Shown: positions 24,121-35,169 of the stretch, in pieces
Numbering within the stretch: the first letter of the stretch is position 1
How the letters are laid out: each line of letters starts with the position of its first letter
From: Octopus sinensis
Taxonomy: Eukaryota
Length of the DNA stretch: 35,169 nt
Direction: 5' to 3'
Assembly (NCBI RefSeq): GCF_006345805.1
Contig: NW_021829871.1
Span: 1-35,169, forward strand
Translations under genes and position numbers: made by a program
The notes under the pieces: model-generated
What the model saw: only the letters and a program-made list of their open reading frames with translations
What the model was told of the DNA's origin: nothing
The model's database searches: none

Positions 24121-24304
24121 AGGGAGAGTTTACGAAACAAACAAAAGACGAAGACAGGTGGTGTACAAAACAAACAGATGTATTAGTATAACGCTCAGGA
24201 ATAGAAAAAAATCTTTTACGTTTCGAGCCTACGCTCTTCTACAGAAAGGTACACAGAAGAAAACAAGGAGAGAAAAAAATGTGTGTAGTGGCTAACGATC
24301 TATC
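24121..24304 (-). mobile_element. Interspersed repeat in (TA)n carrying a Penelope-type minimal hammerhead-like motif, copy 2
   Basis: The minus strand at 24248-24213 reads CTTT-CTGTAGA-A-GAGC-GTAG-GCTC-GAAA-CGT-A-AAAG. It lies between (TA)n runs and is homologous to 8024-8192. Confidence 0.65.
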
Positions 24305-24319
24305 ATGGCGACTAGTTCC

Positions 24320-24379
<60 letters not shown>

Positions 24380-24629
24380 TCGGTGAATATGTGCTATGTA
24401 TAACATATGATACACAGGAAAGGAAAAGGACTCAGCTAATCTTTTGAATGATGATTTGGTTTAGTCGGTGAGTAATATATGTTATTGTGTCAGACCATAG
24501 ATCAGCCACGTGTCCTATGAATTAGTTATGCGCTATGTGTGTAGAGGAGAACTATAGCGACCCTTCCCAAGTCATATTCTCTGATAAGGCCGACTTCCAA
24601 GATACTGTGGCTATATATTCCGCCCCGAC

Positions 24630-24735
24630 CCTACCTGAGTGAATTAGAGCAATGTGAAATTAAGTGAGTTGCACAAGATCATATGTGAAATGAAGTGTTT
24701 CGCCCGGTCCAGGAATCGTAATCACAACCTTATTA
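24630..24735 (-). mobile_element. Degenerate fragment of the 25577-25902 SINE family
   Basis: CTGAGTGAATTAGAGCAATGTGAAATTAAGTGAGTTGCACAAG...CCAGGAATCGTAATCACAACCTTA resembles 25777-25856. Confidence 0.55.
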
Positions 24736-25576
24736 AGCCCCGCTTGGGCAATATATATGCCATGGAAACCGGAAAACCGTACCTATGAGTCTCTATGTCT
24801 TAGGAATGATTTTTATCTATATCTTCTTGACACATAGGATATCATATGTGAATACGAATGAATACGAATGAGAGTGGCAAGATTGTCTGTAGTTGCTTGA
24901 CTTGCTACAAATTGTGGCTATACTTTTCTTAAACAGAAAACACATTTAAAGTAAATTTTTGAAAAAGGAACTGATCGTGGTTGAAATGTATTTGAATATA
25001 CGTATGCGCAACTAGGACCGTCCTGGTGTTAAACAAGTACTCCCTGCATAGTTGTATTTCTGTAAATCTATTCTGGAAAACCGTAAAATCATGCGATTAA
25101 AAATTCATTTTCAATTTAAAGTAAAGCAAATACCAACATGAGTGATATCAAGGCAACAGAGACGAAAGCAAGCCAGTGAATTTGGTTAAAAAGAGACGAT
25201 GAGCAATGGCTAAAAGAATATGGGGCAAAAACTAGTAACCAGTTGTTCTAGCCAGCGGGGACATATCTCGAGAGGAAGGCCCCGAAACGGCGCACATTCT
25301 CTCCCGATGACCCCATAAGCTTCGTAGCATCTGGTATGCAGAGTTTTCAACTGGCAGCATCGGAAAGTTGTTTGCAAAAAAAATCAGTTCATGAAAATCT
25401 CGTTTTTATTTAAAAGCTGCCTGATTGTTAAGGCATACTTCTAAGCCATCCTGACTGAATAGCATTCATAACCCGAAAGATCTCAACCGTAACCATCACG
25501 TCATGTTCAGATAAACCATTTCCCTCATTACCCACATCAATGTGCTTGGTTTTTTTTGTTTGTTTGTTTTTTTAAT

Positions 25577-25902
25577 GCAAGACTCCGCCGGTTACGACGA
25601 CGAGGATCCCAGCTGATACGATCAACGGAACAGCTTGCTCGTGAAATTAACGTGCAAATGGCTGAACATTCCACAGACACGTGTACCCTTAACGTAGTTC
25701 TCGGGGATAATCGGCGTGACACAGAGAGTGACAAGGCTGACCCTTTGAAAATACAAGTACAACTCATTTTTGCCAGCTGAGTGGACTGGAGCAACGTGAA
25801 ATAAAGTGTCTTGCTCAAGGACACAACGCGTCGCCGGGAATCGAACTCATAACCTTACGATCATGAGCCGAATGCCCTAACCACTAAGCCACGCGCCCTC
25901 AC
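25577..25902 (-). mobile_element. Full-length tRNA-derived SINE (third family) flanked by a ~72-bp direct repeat
   Basis: Minus strand GTGAGGGCGCGTGGCTTAGTGGTTAGGGCATTCGG...GAGTTCGATTCCCGGCGACGCGTTGTGTCCTTGAGCAAGACAC has clear A and B boxes and a CORE-like CCTTGAGCAAG. Flanks 25504-25576 and 25903-25973 are near-identical. Confidence 0.92.
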
Positions 25903-26320
25903 TGTTCAGATATACCGTTTCCCTCATTACCCACATCAATGTGCTTGTTTTTTTGTTTGTTTGTTTTTTTAATAGACATACGTCAACTTACGTCAAAAAT
26001 TGATTCCAAATTGATTCGATTTAACTCGAAAAACGTCGCAATAGGAAAAACCATTTTAAATTATATTAATTTTCTCTAAATGGCTTGAACATTGCACAGG
26101 TCTTTCATTTCAGTATTGGCTTTTAAGAATTTTTTTAAAAATTGCTATGCTTTTAAATGCACTGGCTGTGACTGACGTGAAGTCGGATAAATTAACTGAA
26201 GTTGAGGCTTATTTTTTAGTTAATATCTTTATTTCTTTATTAAAACATAAAATCGAAAAAAAACTTGACTCGGACGATCTAATTTTAGATATACCTGTAT
26301 TTGGATTTGGCTTGAGAGTA

Positions 26321-26730
26321 CTCTCTTTACTCTTTTACTCTTTTATTTGTTTCAGTCATTTGACTGCGGCCATGCTGGAGTACCGCCTTTAATCGAGCAA
26401 CTTGGCCCCGGGACTTATTCTTTTGTAAGCCCAGTACTTATTCTATCGGTCTCTTTCGCCGAACTGCTAAGTAACAGGGACATAAACATACCAGCATCGG
26501 TTGTCAAGCAATGCTAGGGGGACAAACACAGACACACAAACACACACATATATATACATATATACGACGGGATTCTTTCAGTTTCCGTCTACCAAATCCA
26601 CTCACAAGGCTTTGGTCGGCCCGAGGCTATAGTAGAAGACACTTGCCCAAGGTGCCACGCAGTGGGACTGAACCCGGAACCATGTGGCAGGTTTGCAAGC
26701 TACTTACCACACAGTCACTCCTGCGCCTAT
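26321..26730 (-). mobile_element. Full-length tRNA-derived CORE-like SINE (from memory, octopus OR2-like)
   Basis: Minus strand ATAGGCGCAGGAGTGACTGTGTGGTAAG...GGTTCAGTCCCACTGCGTGGCACCTTGGGCAAGTGTCTT; the CCTTGGGCAAG motif is shared with the CORE domain. Internal (TG/TA) stretch, (AAAAGAGT)n tail, possible TSD AGTACT (26317-26322 and 26732-26737). Confidence 0.9.
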
Positions 26731-27077
26731 CAGTACTGTTGCTGATATTTCTAGCAATTCTTGTCACCACCTACAAGCGTTCTTCTGTTGTTGACATTGT
26801 ACAGCTAAATTTACATTAACTGTTTCCGTACTTAGTGGTGGGCTTTTGTGCAATTGTTGAATTTGCTATTGGCTTATTGCATCCCTGTCCGATCTTGCCG
26901 GATGTTCAACCAATAAGACGCTTTTCTTTCTATTTCTCTTTTATTCTTTAATGCACTTCCGATTTGCTTTTTGGTTTTCTTTAAGTTTTCTGGATTTGCT
27001 TCCTGTCTGTGTCATTGTCTGGGACTTTTGCCTCGCTGTAATTAGCTTTTAAAATTTTATTCTTCCCTCATTTTACA

Positions 27078-27410
<333 letters not shown>

Positions 27411-28065
27411 TACATCCGTGTTGTCTATTTCTATCAGGCTTTTTCCTGCTTTTGCGTTCAGTAAGCATTAGAATCGAACATGTCATTAAAACGTTGAACA
27501 AAATGCATGGCAATATTCAATGCAGTTCTTTATTTTCTGCGCTTAAAGCTTGCCGAAGTAAAATTCGCCATACATCCTTCCGCGACGGATAGAATAAAGC
27601 ACCGTTCAAATAATGAATTTATTATAATCAGCTGCCATCCCTTAAAATATCTAACATTCTTCTTATGTAAAAATAATAATTAATATTGATATTGTCAGTA
27701 GACCAAAGTGTACAGCTTTGTGGGCCGTAAGTATGTATAATGGTTGTATTAGTTTTGTTTTCGAGTTTAGTATATTTTAAAACTACTACCGTAACTGTGT
27801 GTAATGAATAATAGAGTTAATTCCTGTATGTACTGCCTATTAATATATCGTGGTCTTTTAGATATTGCTTTGACTATCTCCTCAAATCGCATATGAGAAT
27901 ACTTTCCTTTTACATTATTTAGAAATCTGGCTGTCTCCATTTTCTGATCTGCGTAATATTTGAAATGATTATATTTCTTTTACTTATTCAAAATCGACAA
28001 ATGTGATTCATACTTTAGCTGGCAGGTAATTTCTTAACCAGCGACTCGTGACAGCATTCTTCTTC

Positions 28066-28222
28066 TTCTTCTTCTTCTTCTTCTTCTTCTTCTTCTTCTC
28101 TTCTTCTTCTTCTTCTCCTTCTTCTTCTTCTTCTTCTTCTTCTTCTTCTTCTTCTTCTTCTCTTCTTCTTCTCATCATCATCATCATCATCATCGGCGTC
28201 GTCATCATCATCATCATCATCA

Positions 28223-28278
<56 letters not shown>
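28066..28278. repeat. Stepped trinucleotide array (TTC)n-(TCA)n-(TTA)n
   Basis: Direct reading; it abuts the 3' end of the R4/Dong-like element. Confidence 0.95.
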
Positions 28279-28281
<3 letters not shown>

Positions 28282-29090
28282 TAGTTTTATTTTTATAGCG
28301 TGCTTTCACTTCACTACCGAGCGCAGCTCTGTGTGCCTTGGGTATGTGCTGTGATTTGCTCTGATGGTTATTGTATGGAAAGTGTTCTGCGTAGGATGTG
28401 TGCAGTGCCTAGTAGTGCAATTTTCTGTATGTTATATGTGTTTGTAAGTCCTGATGTTTTTGTTATGTATTTGTCTGAATATTTTTTTATCATGCCTGAT
28501 GCACCTACTATGATAGGAATTGTTTCTGTTTTCAGATTCCACATTCTAGTTACCTCTATTTCCAGGTCTTTGTATTTTGAGAGTTTCTCCATTTCTTTTA
28601 GAGACACGTTGTCATCTGCGGTATTGATACATCAATTAGAAAGCATTTTTTTCTTCATGATCTCTGACAACTATATCTGGTCTGTTGGCCTTAATTTCTC
28701 TATCTGTGTGTATCGGCATATCCCAGAGTATGGTTGCTTTCTCGTTTTCTGTGACCTTTTCTGGTGTGTGCCTATACCATCTTTTTTCTGTTGTTATTCC
28801 ATAATGTTGGCATAGCTTCCAATGTAGGTTCCAACTCTTTCATGTCTGTGAATATATTCCTTCTTAGCCAGGACTCGGCAGCTAGAGATAATATGATTTA
28901 TTGTTTCTTGTCCATCTCCACATATTCTGCAATTACTTGTAATATTTCTTTTCATTACATGTTTTTGGTAATTTCTGGTGGGGAGGCTTTGGTCTTGTGC
29001 TGCAATTAAAAATCCCTCTGTTTCTGCTTTGAGTCCTGAGCTTCTCAACCATTGCTGGGATTTTTCTTTGTCTATTTCTTTTGCGTTTAG
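28279..29090 (-). mobile_element. 5'-truncated R4/Dong-like non-LTR retrotransposon (CCHC knuckle plus restriction-like endonuclease), copy A
   Basis: Minus strand gives WLRSSGLKAETEGFLIAAQDQSLPTRNY...CRICGDGQETINHIISSC...RHE...(fs)...LWDMPIHTDREIKANRPDIVV...(fs)FLIDVSIP(fs)DDNVSLKEMEKLSKYKDL...TAHILRRTLSIQ*. This is a CCHC motif plus a PD..D..K RLE domain with three frameshifts, flanked by (TAA)n on both sides. Confidence 0.92.
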
Positions 29091-29117
29091 TTATTATTAT
29101 CATTATTATTATAATTA

Positions 29118-29183
<66 letters not shown>

Positions 29184-29246
29184 ATTATTATTATTTTATT
29201 ATTATTATTATTATTTTTATTATTATTATTATTATTATTAGTATTA

Positions 29247-29282
<36 letters not shown>

Positions 29283-29330
29283 CATTATTATTATTTATTA
29301 TTATCATTGTTGTTGTTATTATATTATTAT
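29091..29330. repeat. (TTA)n array between the two Dong-like elements
   Basis: Direct reading. Confidence 0.95.
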
Positions 29331-30135
29331 GTGTTTGACTTTTACTTTTTATTTGAACAAGTTGCCTCCAAGTTTGACCCAGAGACCTCAAGAGAGAGTA
29401 AGTTAGAAGTTCAAGTTGGTATTATGCCAAAGGTATCATATATTTGGTTTTGCACATAGTATTGTTCTAGAGAATGTTAAAACATAAGGAAATCATGAGT
29501 TTGTTTGAAGTTTAAGATTACATAGACAGTATTTTACGTAGGATATGGGCAGTTCCCATGAGCACTGTCTTTTGAATTTCTGCCATTTTGGGATTTCCTG
29601 GTATCTAAGCTAGGTAGGAATCATCCCCTTTTGCTATCATTCCTAGGGCACCTATGACAACAGGTATAGTTTTAGTCTTCAGGTTCCACATTTTGCTAAT
29701 TTCTATTTCATGATATTTATACTTACTCAGATACATTTATGTCAATTGGGATAGTCTTGTTTTCAAGCTTTAAGATAACTTTCAATATCCAGTTAATTGT
29801 GGCATCCAATTAACATCCGGTTAATTCGATGTAAATGTCCACGGCCACCCTCTTTTCTTGGCAGGTAAAGTCGTTCTATATCTGCCTTGGGGTGGTGCAT
29901 TCTATGCATTATCAACAATTTTCGTATTTTTCTTTCAAGATTACAGATTTCAGTAATTGATCAGTTAATGATATTGAAACCGAATGTCACGAACGGTATG
30001 GTTAAAGTATTGATCACTTCGATCCTGTTTCTTGCATTCAACTCTGTTTTGAAAATTGCCCTTAGTATGCGATAACACTCTCTTCTGACCCTTTCCTTCA
30101 TCATTGAATGTTTGATTCCATCACCTTCAAATATC
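29331..30135 (-). mobile_element. Second, divergent R4/Dong-like element (copy B), 5'-truncated and internally deleted
   Basis: Minus strand gives IFEGDGIKHSMMKERVRRECYRILRAIFKTELNARNRIEVINTL...HHPKADIERLYLPRKEGGRG...WILKVILKLENK, then jumps near 29757 to TIPIDINVS/LSKYKYHEIEISKMWNLKTKTIPVVIGALG...MGTAHILRKILSM* (stop 29518-29520). The 3' end abuts (TAA)n. Confidence 0.9.
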
Positions 30136-30379
30136 CTTTCAGTGTTGATAAAATAAAGTATCAGTTGCACCCCGAGATTGATGGAATTGATTCATCCCCT
30201 CCCCGGGAATTGCTGGCCTTGTTACCAAAATTTGAAAACAATGTTTGATTGGTTCTTTATTTATGAAGGAGCAAATGTAAGCTTGACTTCGGCGGGATTT
30301 GAACTCAGAATCTAGAGAGCTGGAACAAATACCATAATGTGTCCAATCGGATGCTGTTACCACTCGGCTAATTCACCGC
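30134..30379. mobile_element. Two central-domain SINE fragments: core plus tail (+, about 30134-30240) and head (-, about 30270-30379)
   Basis: CCTTTCAGTGTTGATAAAATAAAGTATCAG...AATTGCTGGCCTTGTTACCAAAATTTGAAAAC; then TTCGGCGGGATTTGAACTCAGAA. Confidence 0.7.
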
Positions 30380-30824
30380 GTTTTCTTATCGTTTACCACT
30401 TACTGAATTCTTTTTCATCGTCACAAAAAAGGCATGAACCTCACTACATCATTCCACTTTTCACATCGCTGGCACAATATCAAGAAACCATGCAAATCCA
30501 AAGACTTCGAAAAATAAACAAATAATTAACTAAGCAACTCATCATCAAAATGATTGATTAATTAATTAATAAATGAAACTCTTCATCGATCGCAACGTTT
30601 CCATTCATTTGTAATCTTACTAATTATGAGAAAGGCATGACCTTCACAACGTAACAAGCACTCCGCATTACCCTCTCACCCTCACCCTTAACCCCTAGCT
30701 ATAATAAATATTGGTGTCCGTGTTAAAAAAAATCTATAAGATTTTCGTCAATATTCTTCAAATTGATGTTAAGACGTGTGAATACTGCTTTAATTTAAAA
30801 AAAAAAGAATTTGTTTTTTTCCTA

Positions 30825-30908
30825 TTATTATTATTATTATTATTATTATTTTTTTTTTTAAATTATTTTTATCATTATTATTATTTTTATCATTATTATT
30901 ATTTTTTA

Positions 30909-30945
<37 letters not shown>

Positions 30946-30952
30946 TTTATTA

Positions 30953-30989
<37 letters not shown>

Positions 30990-31189
30990 CGTTGTTGTTG
31001 TTGCTGTTGTTTTTGTTGTTGTTGTTAATGTCTCATCGATTATAGAAATTGCATTAGTCTTGTATCTTGTATTTTCTCTTATTTTTTACTAAAAACGCTT
31101 GTTAATGGATTTTCTTATAATGTTGATGTAATTTTTGCTATTATTGTTTTGATCGTTTACTTCTTCTTTTTCTTCTTTTTTCTCTTCTT

Positions 31190-31220
<31 letters not shown>

Positions 31221-31584
31221 TTATTATTATTATTATTATTATTATATTATTATTATTATTATTATATTATACTTTTTCTTTTCCTTCCCTTTTTATTCTT
31301 CTTCTTCTTCTTCTTTATTCTTCTTATTATTATTATTATTATTATTATTTATTATTATTATTAATATTATTATTATTATTATTATTCTTATTATTATTAT
31401 TATTATCATTTTTATTCTACTTTTTCTTTTTCTTCTTCTTCTTCTTCTCTTTCTTCTTCTTCTTCTTTTCTACCTCCTCTTTTCTCTTTTCCTTCTTTCC
31501 TTCTCCCTGTTGTTGTTGTCGTTGCAATTATTGTTTATATTGCAGTCTTTTTTACAATAGTAAAATTAATATTTATTAATACTA

Positions 31585-31624
<40 letters not shown>

Positions 31625-31745
31625 TTATTATTATTATCAGTAGTAGTTGCAGTTGTCGTAGTAGTATTAGAAGTAGTAGTAGTAGCAGCAGCAGTACTAC
31701 TACTAGTAGTAGTAGTAGTAGTAGTAAGTAGTAGTAGTAGTAGTA
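30825..31745. repeat. Large compound (TTA)/(TTG)/(TTC)/(TAG/CAG) trinucleotide region
   Basis: Direct reading. Confidence 0.92.
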
Positions 31746-31859
31746 AATTTGTTTTCCCTATCACTTGACATTTCAACATTTTAAGAACAAGAATTGGAAT
31801 CCGATGTTGGTAAAATTCGCAGAAAGGGAAACACAAGCCAAAAATCATAAACATTTTTC

Positions 31860-31996
31860 ACATACATACACAGACAAAGTACAAAAACATCTGAATACAC
31901 ACACACAACCACACACAGAGGCACGTACAAACATGCACACATATATACACGCATATAGATAGACATAATATACGTATTTACATATATGTACATATA

Positions 31997-32038
<42 letters not shown>

Positions 32039-32046
32039 TATGTATG

Positions 32047-32077
<31 letters not shown>

Positions 32078-33005
32078 GTATGTATGTATGTATATTCACA
32101 CATTCATATATACAAACATACACGCACAAATATATAATTGCATATTATATAAATGGATAAAATAATAAATACAACTTTCTCCCAGTATATATATTTATAT
32201 GTATATGTGTGTGTATGTGTGTACGTGTGTGTGTGTGCGTGTGTGTGTGTATATGAATAAATGCATATACATAAGTACGCATATTTACATACATATATAT
32301 ATACACACACACATACATGTACACACATACAGACACACACATATATATATATATAATTATATATATATATATACTTATATATATATACTTATATATATGT
32401 ATTTATATATATGTACACACATATATATATATACTTATATATATATATATACACACATATATATATATATATGCACACATATATATATGCACACACACAT
32501 ATATATATACGTATATATACATATGTGTGTGTGAGTGCGTAGGTGTGTCTGTCTGTCTGCCTGTGTGTATGCATGTATCCGCATACTTACGCAATACATG
32601 ATTGCCCCTTAGGGCATCCGACTTTGACACATGCTCTCCAACAAAACATCAGTTTTCATTGACTTAATAACCCATGCTCTTCTACTCCACCACTTCGCCT
32701 TCTGCATATAAACACATACCTAGACATAACCACACCAATACTCTGCCTTTTAACAATTCACATTTATAAAACAGTCCTAAAACAGTTTCGTTCGATTTTT
32801 TTTTAATGGCGGGGCTGTCAATAAATGGTCTTTGTTCTCATGCTTTTGTTTATATGTTTAAACTAACATTAAGTAACGTTTAATGGCTTAATGTTGCCCT
32901 TAGTTGCTACATCGAGGAGCTGCACTCTTGTCTTTTTTTTCTATTTTTTATTTTTCTCCGTTGTAATCATCAGCGGAGCATATTTGCACATTTATACGTT
33001 GTTTG

Positions 33006-33069
<64 letters not shown>

Positions 33070-33173
33070 TGTGTGTGTGTGTATGTGTTGCGTCTGGGTG
33101 TATGTATATACAAACATATATATGCATATGAATATGTTTGCATGAGTATATAGCGTGTGTGTCTATATATATG

Positions 33174-33212
<39 letters not shown>

Positions 33213-33236
33213 TTGTCTCTCTCTCTCTCTCTCTCT

Positions 33237-33275
<39 letters not shown>

Positions 33276-33480
33276 GGTCACGATTATATAGGCATAAGTA
33301 CTTGTATGTATACAATGTATACATATATCATAATAATATCTTTTTGTATTGATAATATATTATATATATATATATATATATATGCAGGCAAATAGACATA
33401 GTTATAATATGCAAATATAGATAATGTTTATGAACAGACACACACGCATAGATAGATAGATAGATAGATTAGATTAGATA
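31860..33480. repeat. (CA)/(TA)/(TG)/(CT)/(GATA) microsatellite clusters (31860-32580 and 33005-33480)
   Basis: Direct reading. Confidence 0.9.
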
Positions 33481-33584
33481 TTGTGACAGCGCTAGTGAGT
33501 GCGTGTGTAAAGTAGGAGGACAAGTAGTGGAGGTGACACTATGGGAAAGAAGGCTTGATAAGAAAGTATTCTAAAAGAAGAAAA

Positions 33585-33722
33585 TTCGGCACTAGGCCAG
33601 CAATTTTATGCGAGTGGGTAAATCGATTACATGAACTCCAATGATCGACACAGAAAGGATGACAGGTGGAGTCGACCTGGTTCGCATTTCGACTCAGTAC
33701 GTAGACACGGCGGAAAAGAATC
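33585..33722 (-). mobile_element. Degenerate central-domain SINE copy
   Basis: TTCGGCACTAGGCCAGCAATTTT...GAAAGGATGACAGGTGGAGTCGACCTGG...GACTCAGTACGTAG. Confidence 0.7.
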
Positions 33723-33830
33723 ATCAATTGTCGTACCAAGCTGTTTTGGCCTTTGTGTTTCACTTGGACAGGTGGAGAGAGAGAGAGGCAGAAATGAACG
33801 GACGAACTATATATGTGTGTGTGTGTATAC

Positions 33831-33903
<73 letters not shown>

Positions 33904-34567
33904 GTATGTGTGTAATACATATGTTCAAATACATATATTAATATAATATATATATATATTAATAGAGAGAGAGGAGAGAGAGAGAGTGAGAGAGAGAAAG
34001 AAAAAGTTAATGCTGTTTCACTTCTATGAGTATTTCATTTCAATCTACGTCGAAGTTAATCAAACGAGACATTTAATCAGTTCCCCAGAGAATATATACA
34101 TATATGGTTATAACTATGATTCTATGCACGCACCTATACACACACATATGTGTGTGTATATATATATTTGTGTTTCTGTCTACGTGGATGTATGTGGATG
34201 TGCGTATGTATTGACTTCTAACAATGCCTTATGAACAGTTAATCAAGAACATTATAGTACAATTGTATAGTACTGAGTGTATATGTCGGCAAATACACCA
34301 TGGGCTCTAAGAAGAAAATAACAAAATTCTATTTCGTTTCCAGAACGTCTTTCTAGAAATGGAGGCCACACTGTACAACAAAGTTTATTACATACATATT
34401 AACAGAAGCGGGTGATCAATATTGTGACCGCTGTCATGAAATATTTCTTGGATCATCGCCTATATAGAAAGAAGCTGCATCAACAACCAGAACAGTAAGA
34501 GCAACAAAAGTGGAATATTACGATGAAGAATGATGCTAAGACTTATTTTACAAAGAAATTTAGATTA

Positions 34568-34961
34568 CAGCTGTATCGCCCGGCGTTGCTCGGGTTTGTT
34601 TCGATCCTTTAGAGTTGGAATTTTTGAAAAGTAAAAGTTTTGCATTATGTAGCTTGTTATTCTCTTTAAGTGAACATTTTCCTGGTTGAAATACAATAAA
34701 AAAAATGGCGACACAGCAGTAAAAAATTCGTAAAAAATAGGGATTTTCATAGAAAAAAAGCACCTTTGTGATGTAAATAATTTTTGACATTAACATGGTC
34801 CGATTTGGATTTTTTTCTTCTATTGAAGGAAGAGCAAGCCTTCTTCTATCATACTCTCAATTTTGGTCAACTTGCGCCGCTAGGTCTCGGAGGAGATAGT
34901 GTCTGTTGAAGGCTACCAAACCTGCCATACACAGACAACTTCAGCTTTATATATAGAGAGA
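34568..34961 (-). mobile_element. Non-autonomous Helitron-like element (about 394 bp)
   Basis: The minus strand starts A|TCTCTCTATATATAAAGCTGAAGTTGTCTGTG and ends with the GC hairpin CCCGAGCAACGCCGGG (34579-34594) about 10 nt before CAGCTG|T, a degenerate CTAG. The 5' TC, subterminal hairpin and A|T target are Helitron hallmarks. Confidence 0.75.
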
Positions 34962-35016
34962 TATATATAGAATACTACGGTTTGGCGTAGACGTGAAGAT
35001 TGCAGCAGATGAATAA

Positions 35017-35169
35017 CTACCGCAGGGCAGCTTTGTAGACGACATTTTTGGTTTTTCCTTCAGTAGCATAGATAAATAAGTTGTGTGGATGGCCGACTCT
35101 AGAACAACCAACGTAGAATTGTTCATGTGAAAAGCACGATGTTCGAATGTCCAATGCGACAAATTCAGG
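35017..35169 (-). CDS. C-terminal 50 aa of a Helitron Rep/Hel PIF1-family helicase (partial, runs off the window; possibly pseudogenised)
   Basis: PEFVALDIRTSCFSHEQFYVGCSRVGHPHNLFIYATEGKTKNVVYKAALR* matches PIF1 helicase motif VI (FSHGQLYVA.SRV) and the Helitron-typical terminal KT.NVVY. It is absent from the ORF track because there is no in-window ATG. Confidence 0.85.
   Translation of the reverse strand, partial: PEFVALDIRTSCFSHEQFYVGCSRVGHPHNLFIYATEGKTKNVVYKAALR

Noticed and set aside
26147-26819. ORFs 26147..26392 and 26511..26819, and 25537..25824 nearby
   Set aside because: They lie within or run into SINE copies, so they are incidental open frames.
27448-27470. 23-nt plus-strand micro-exon (CTATCAG|...TCA|GTAAGC), and a similar one at about 22151-22172
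   Set aside because: Short AG/GT pairs are expected by chance in 35 kb, and there is no consistent plus-strand gene model.
30670-30700. Interstitial telomeric repeat (CCCTCA/CCCTTA)
   Set aside because: Only 3-4 degenerate units; expected by chance.

Overview
Eukaryotic, AT-rich, repeat-saturated DNA, most likely an intron or intergenic stretch of an octopus (coleoid cephalopod) genome. The species call is an inference from the SINE families I recall and from the density of (TA)n, (GATA)n and (TAA)n arrays. I find no host gene, rRNA, functional tRNA or CRISPR array that I can support, and nearly all ORFs in the track are translated microsatellites. Recognisable coding relics are all transposon-derived: an RTE-X-like LINE 3' end (5363-5668), an RTE LINE relic (~16161-16600), two different R4/Dong-like RLE retrotransposons in (TAA)n arrays (28279-29090 and 29331-~30135) and a Helitron PIF1-type helicase C-terminus (35017-35169). 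There are also about 25 tRNA-derived SINE copies or fragments from at least four families, two MITEs, a non-autonomous Helitron and several local tandem duplications. The most interesting signals are a (TA)n-adjacent repeat carrying a Penelope-type minimal hammerhead-like motif with a non-canonical U6 core, an unidentified short poly(A)-signal-bearing element embedded twice in (GATA)n, a SINE with a ~72-bp target duplication, and tail swapping among SINEs. Most SINE and microsatellite boundaries are approximate.
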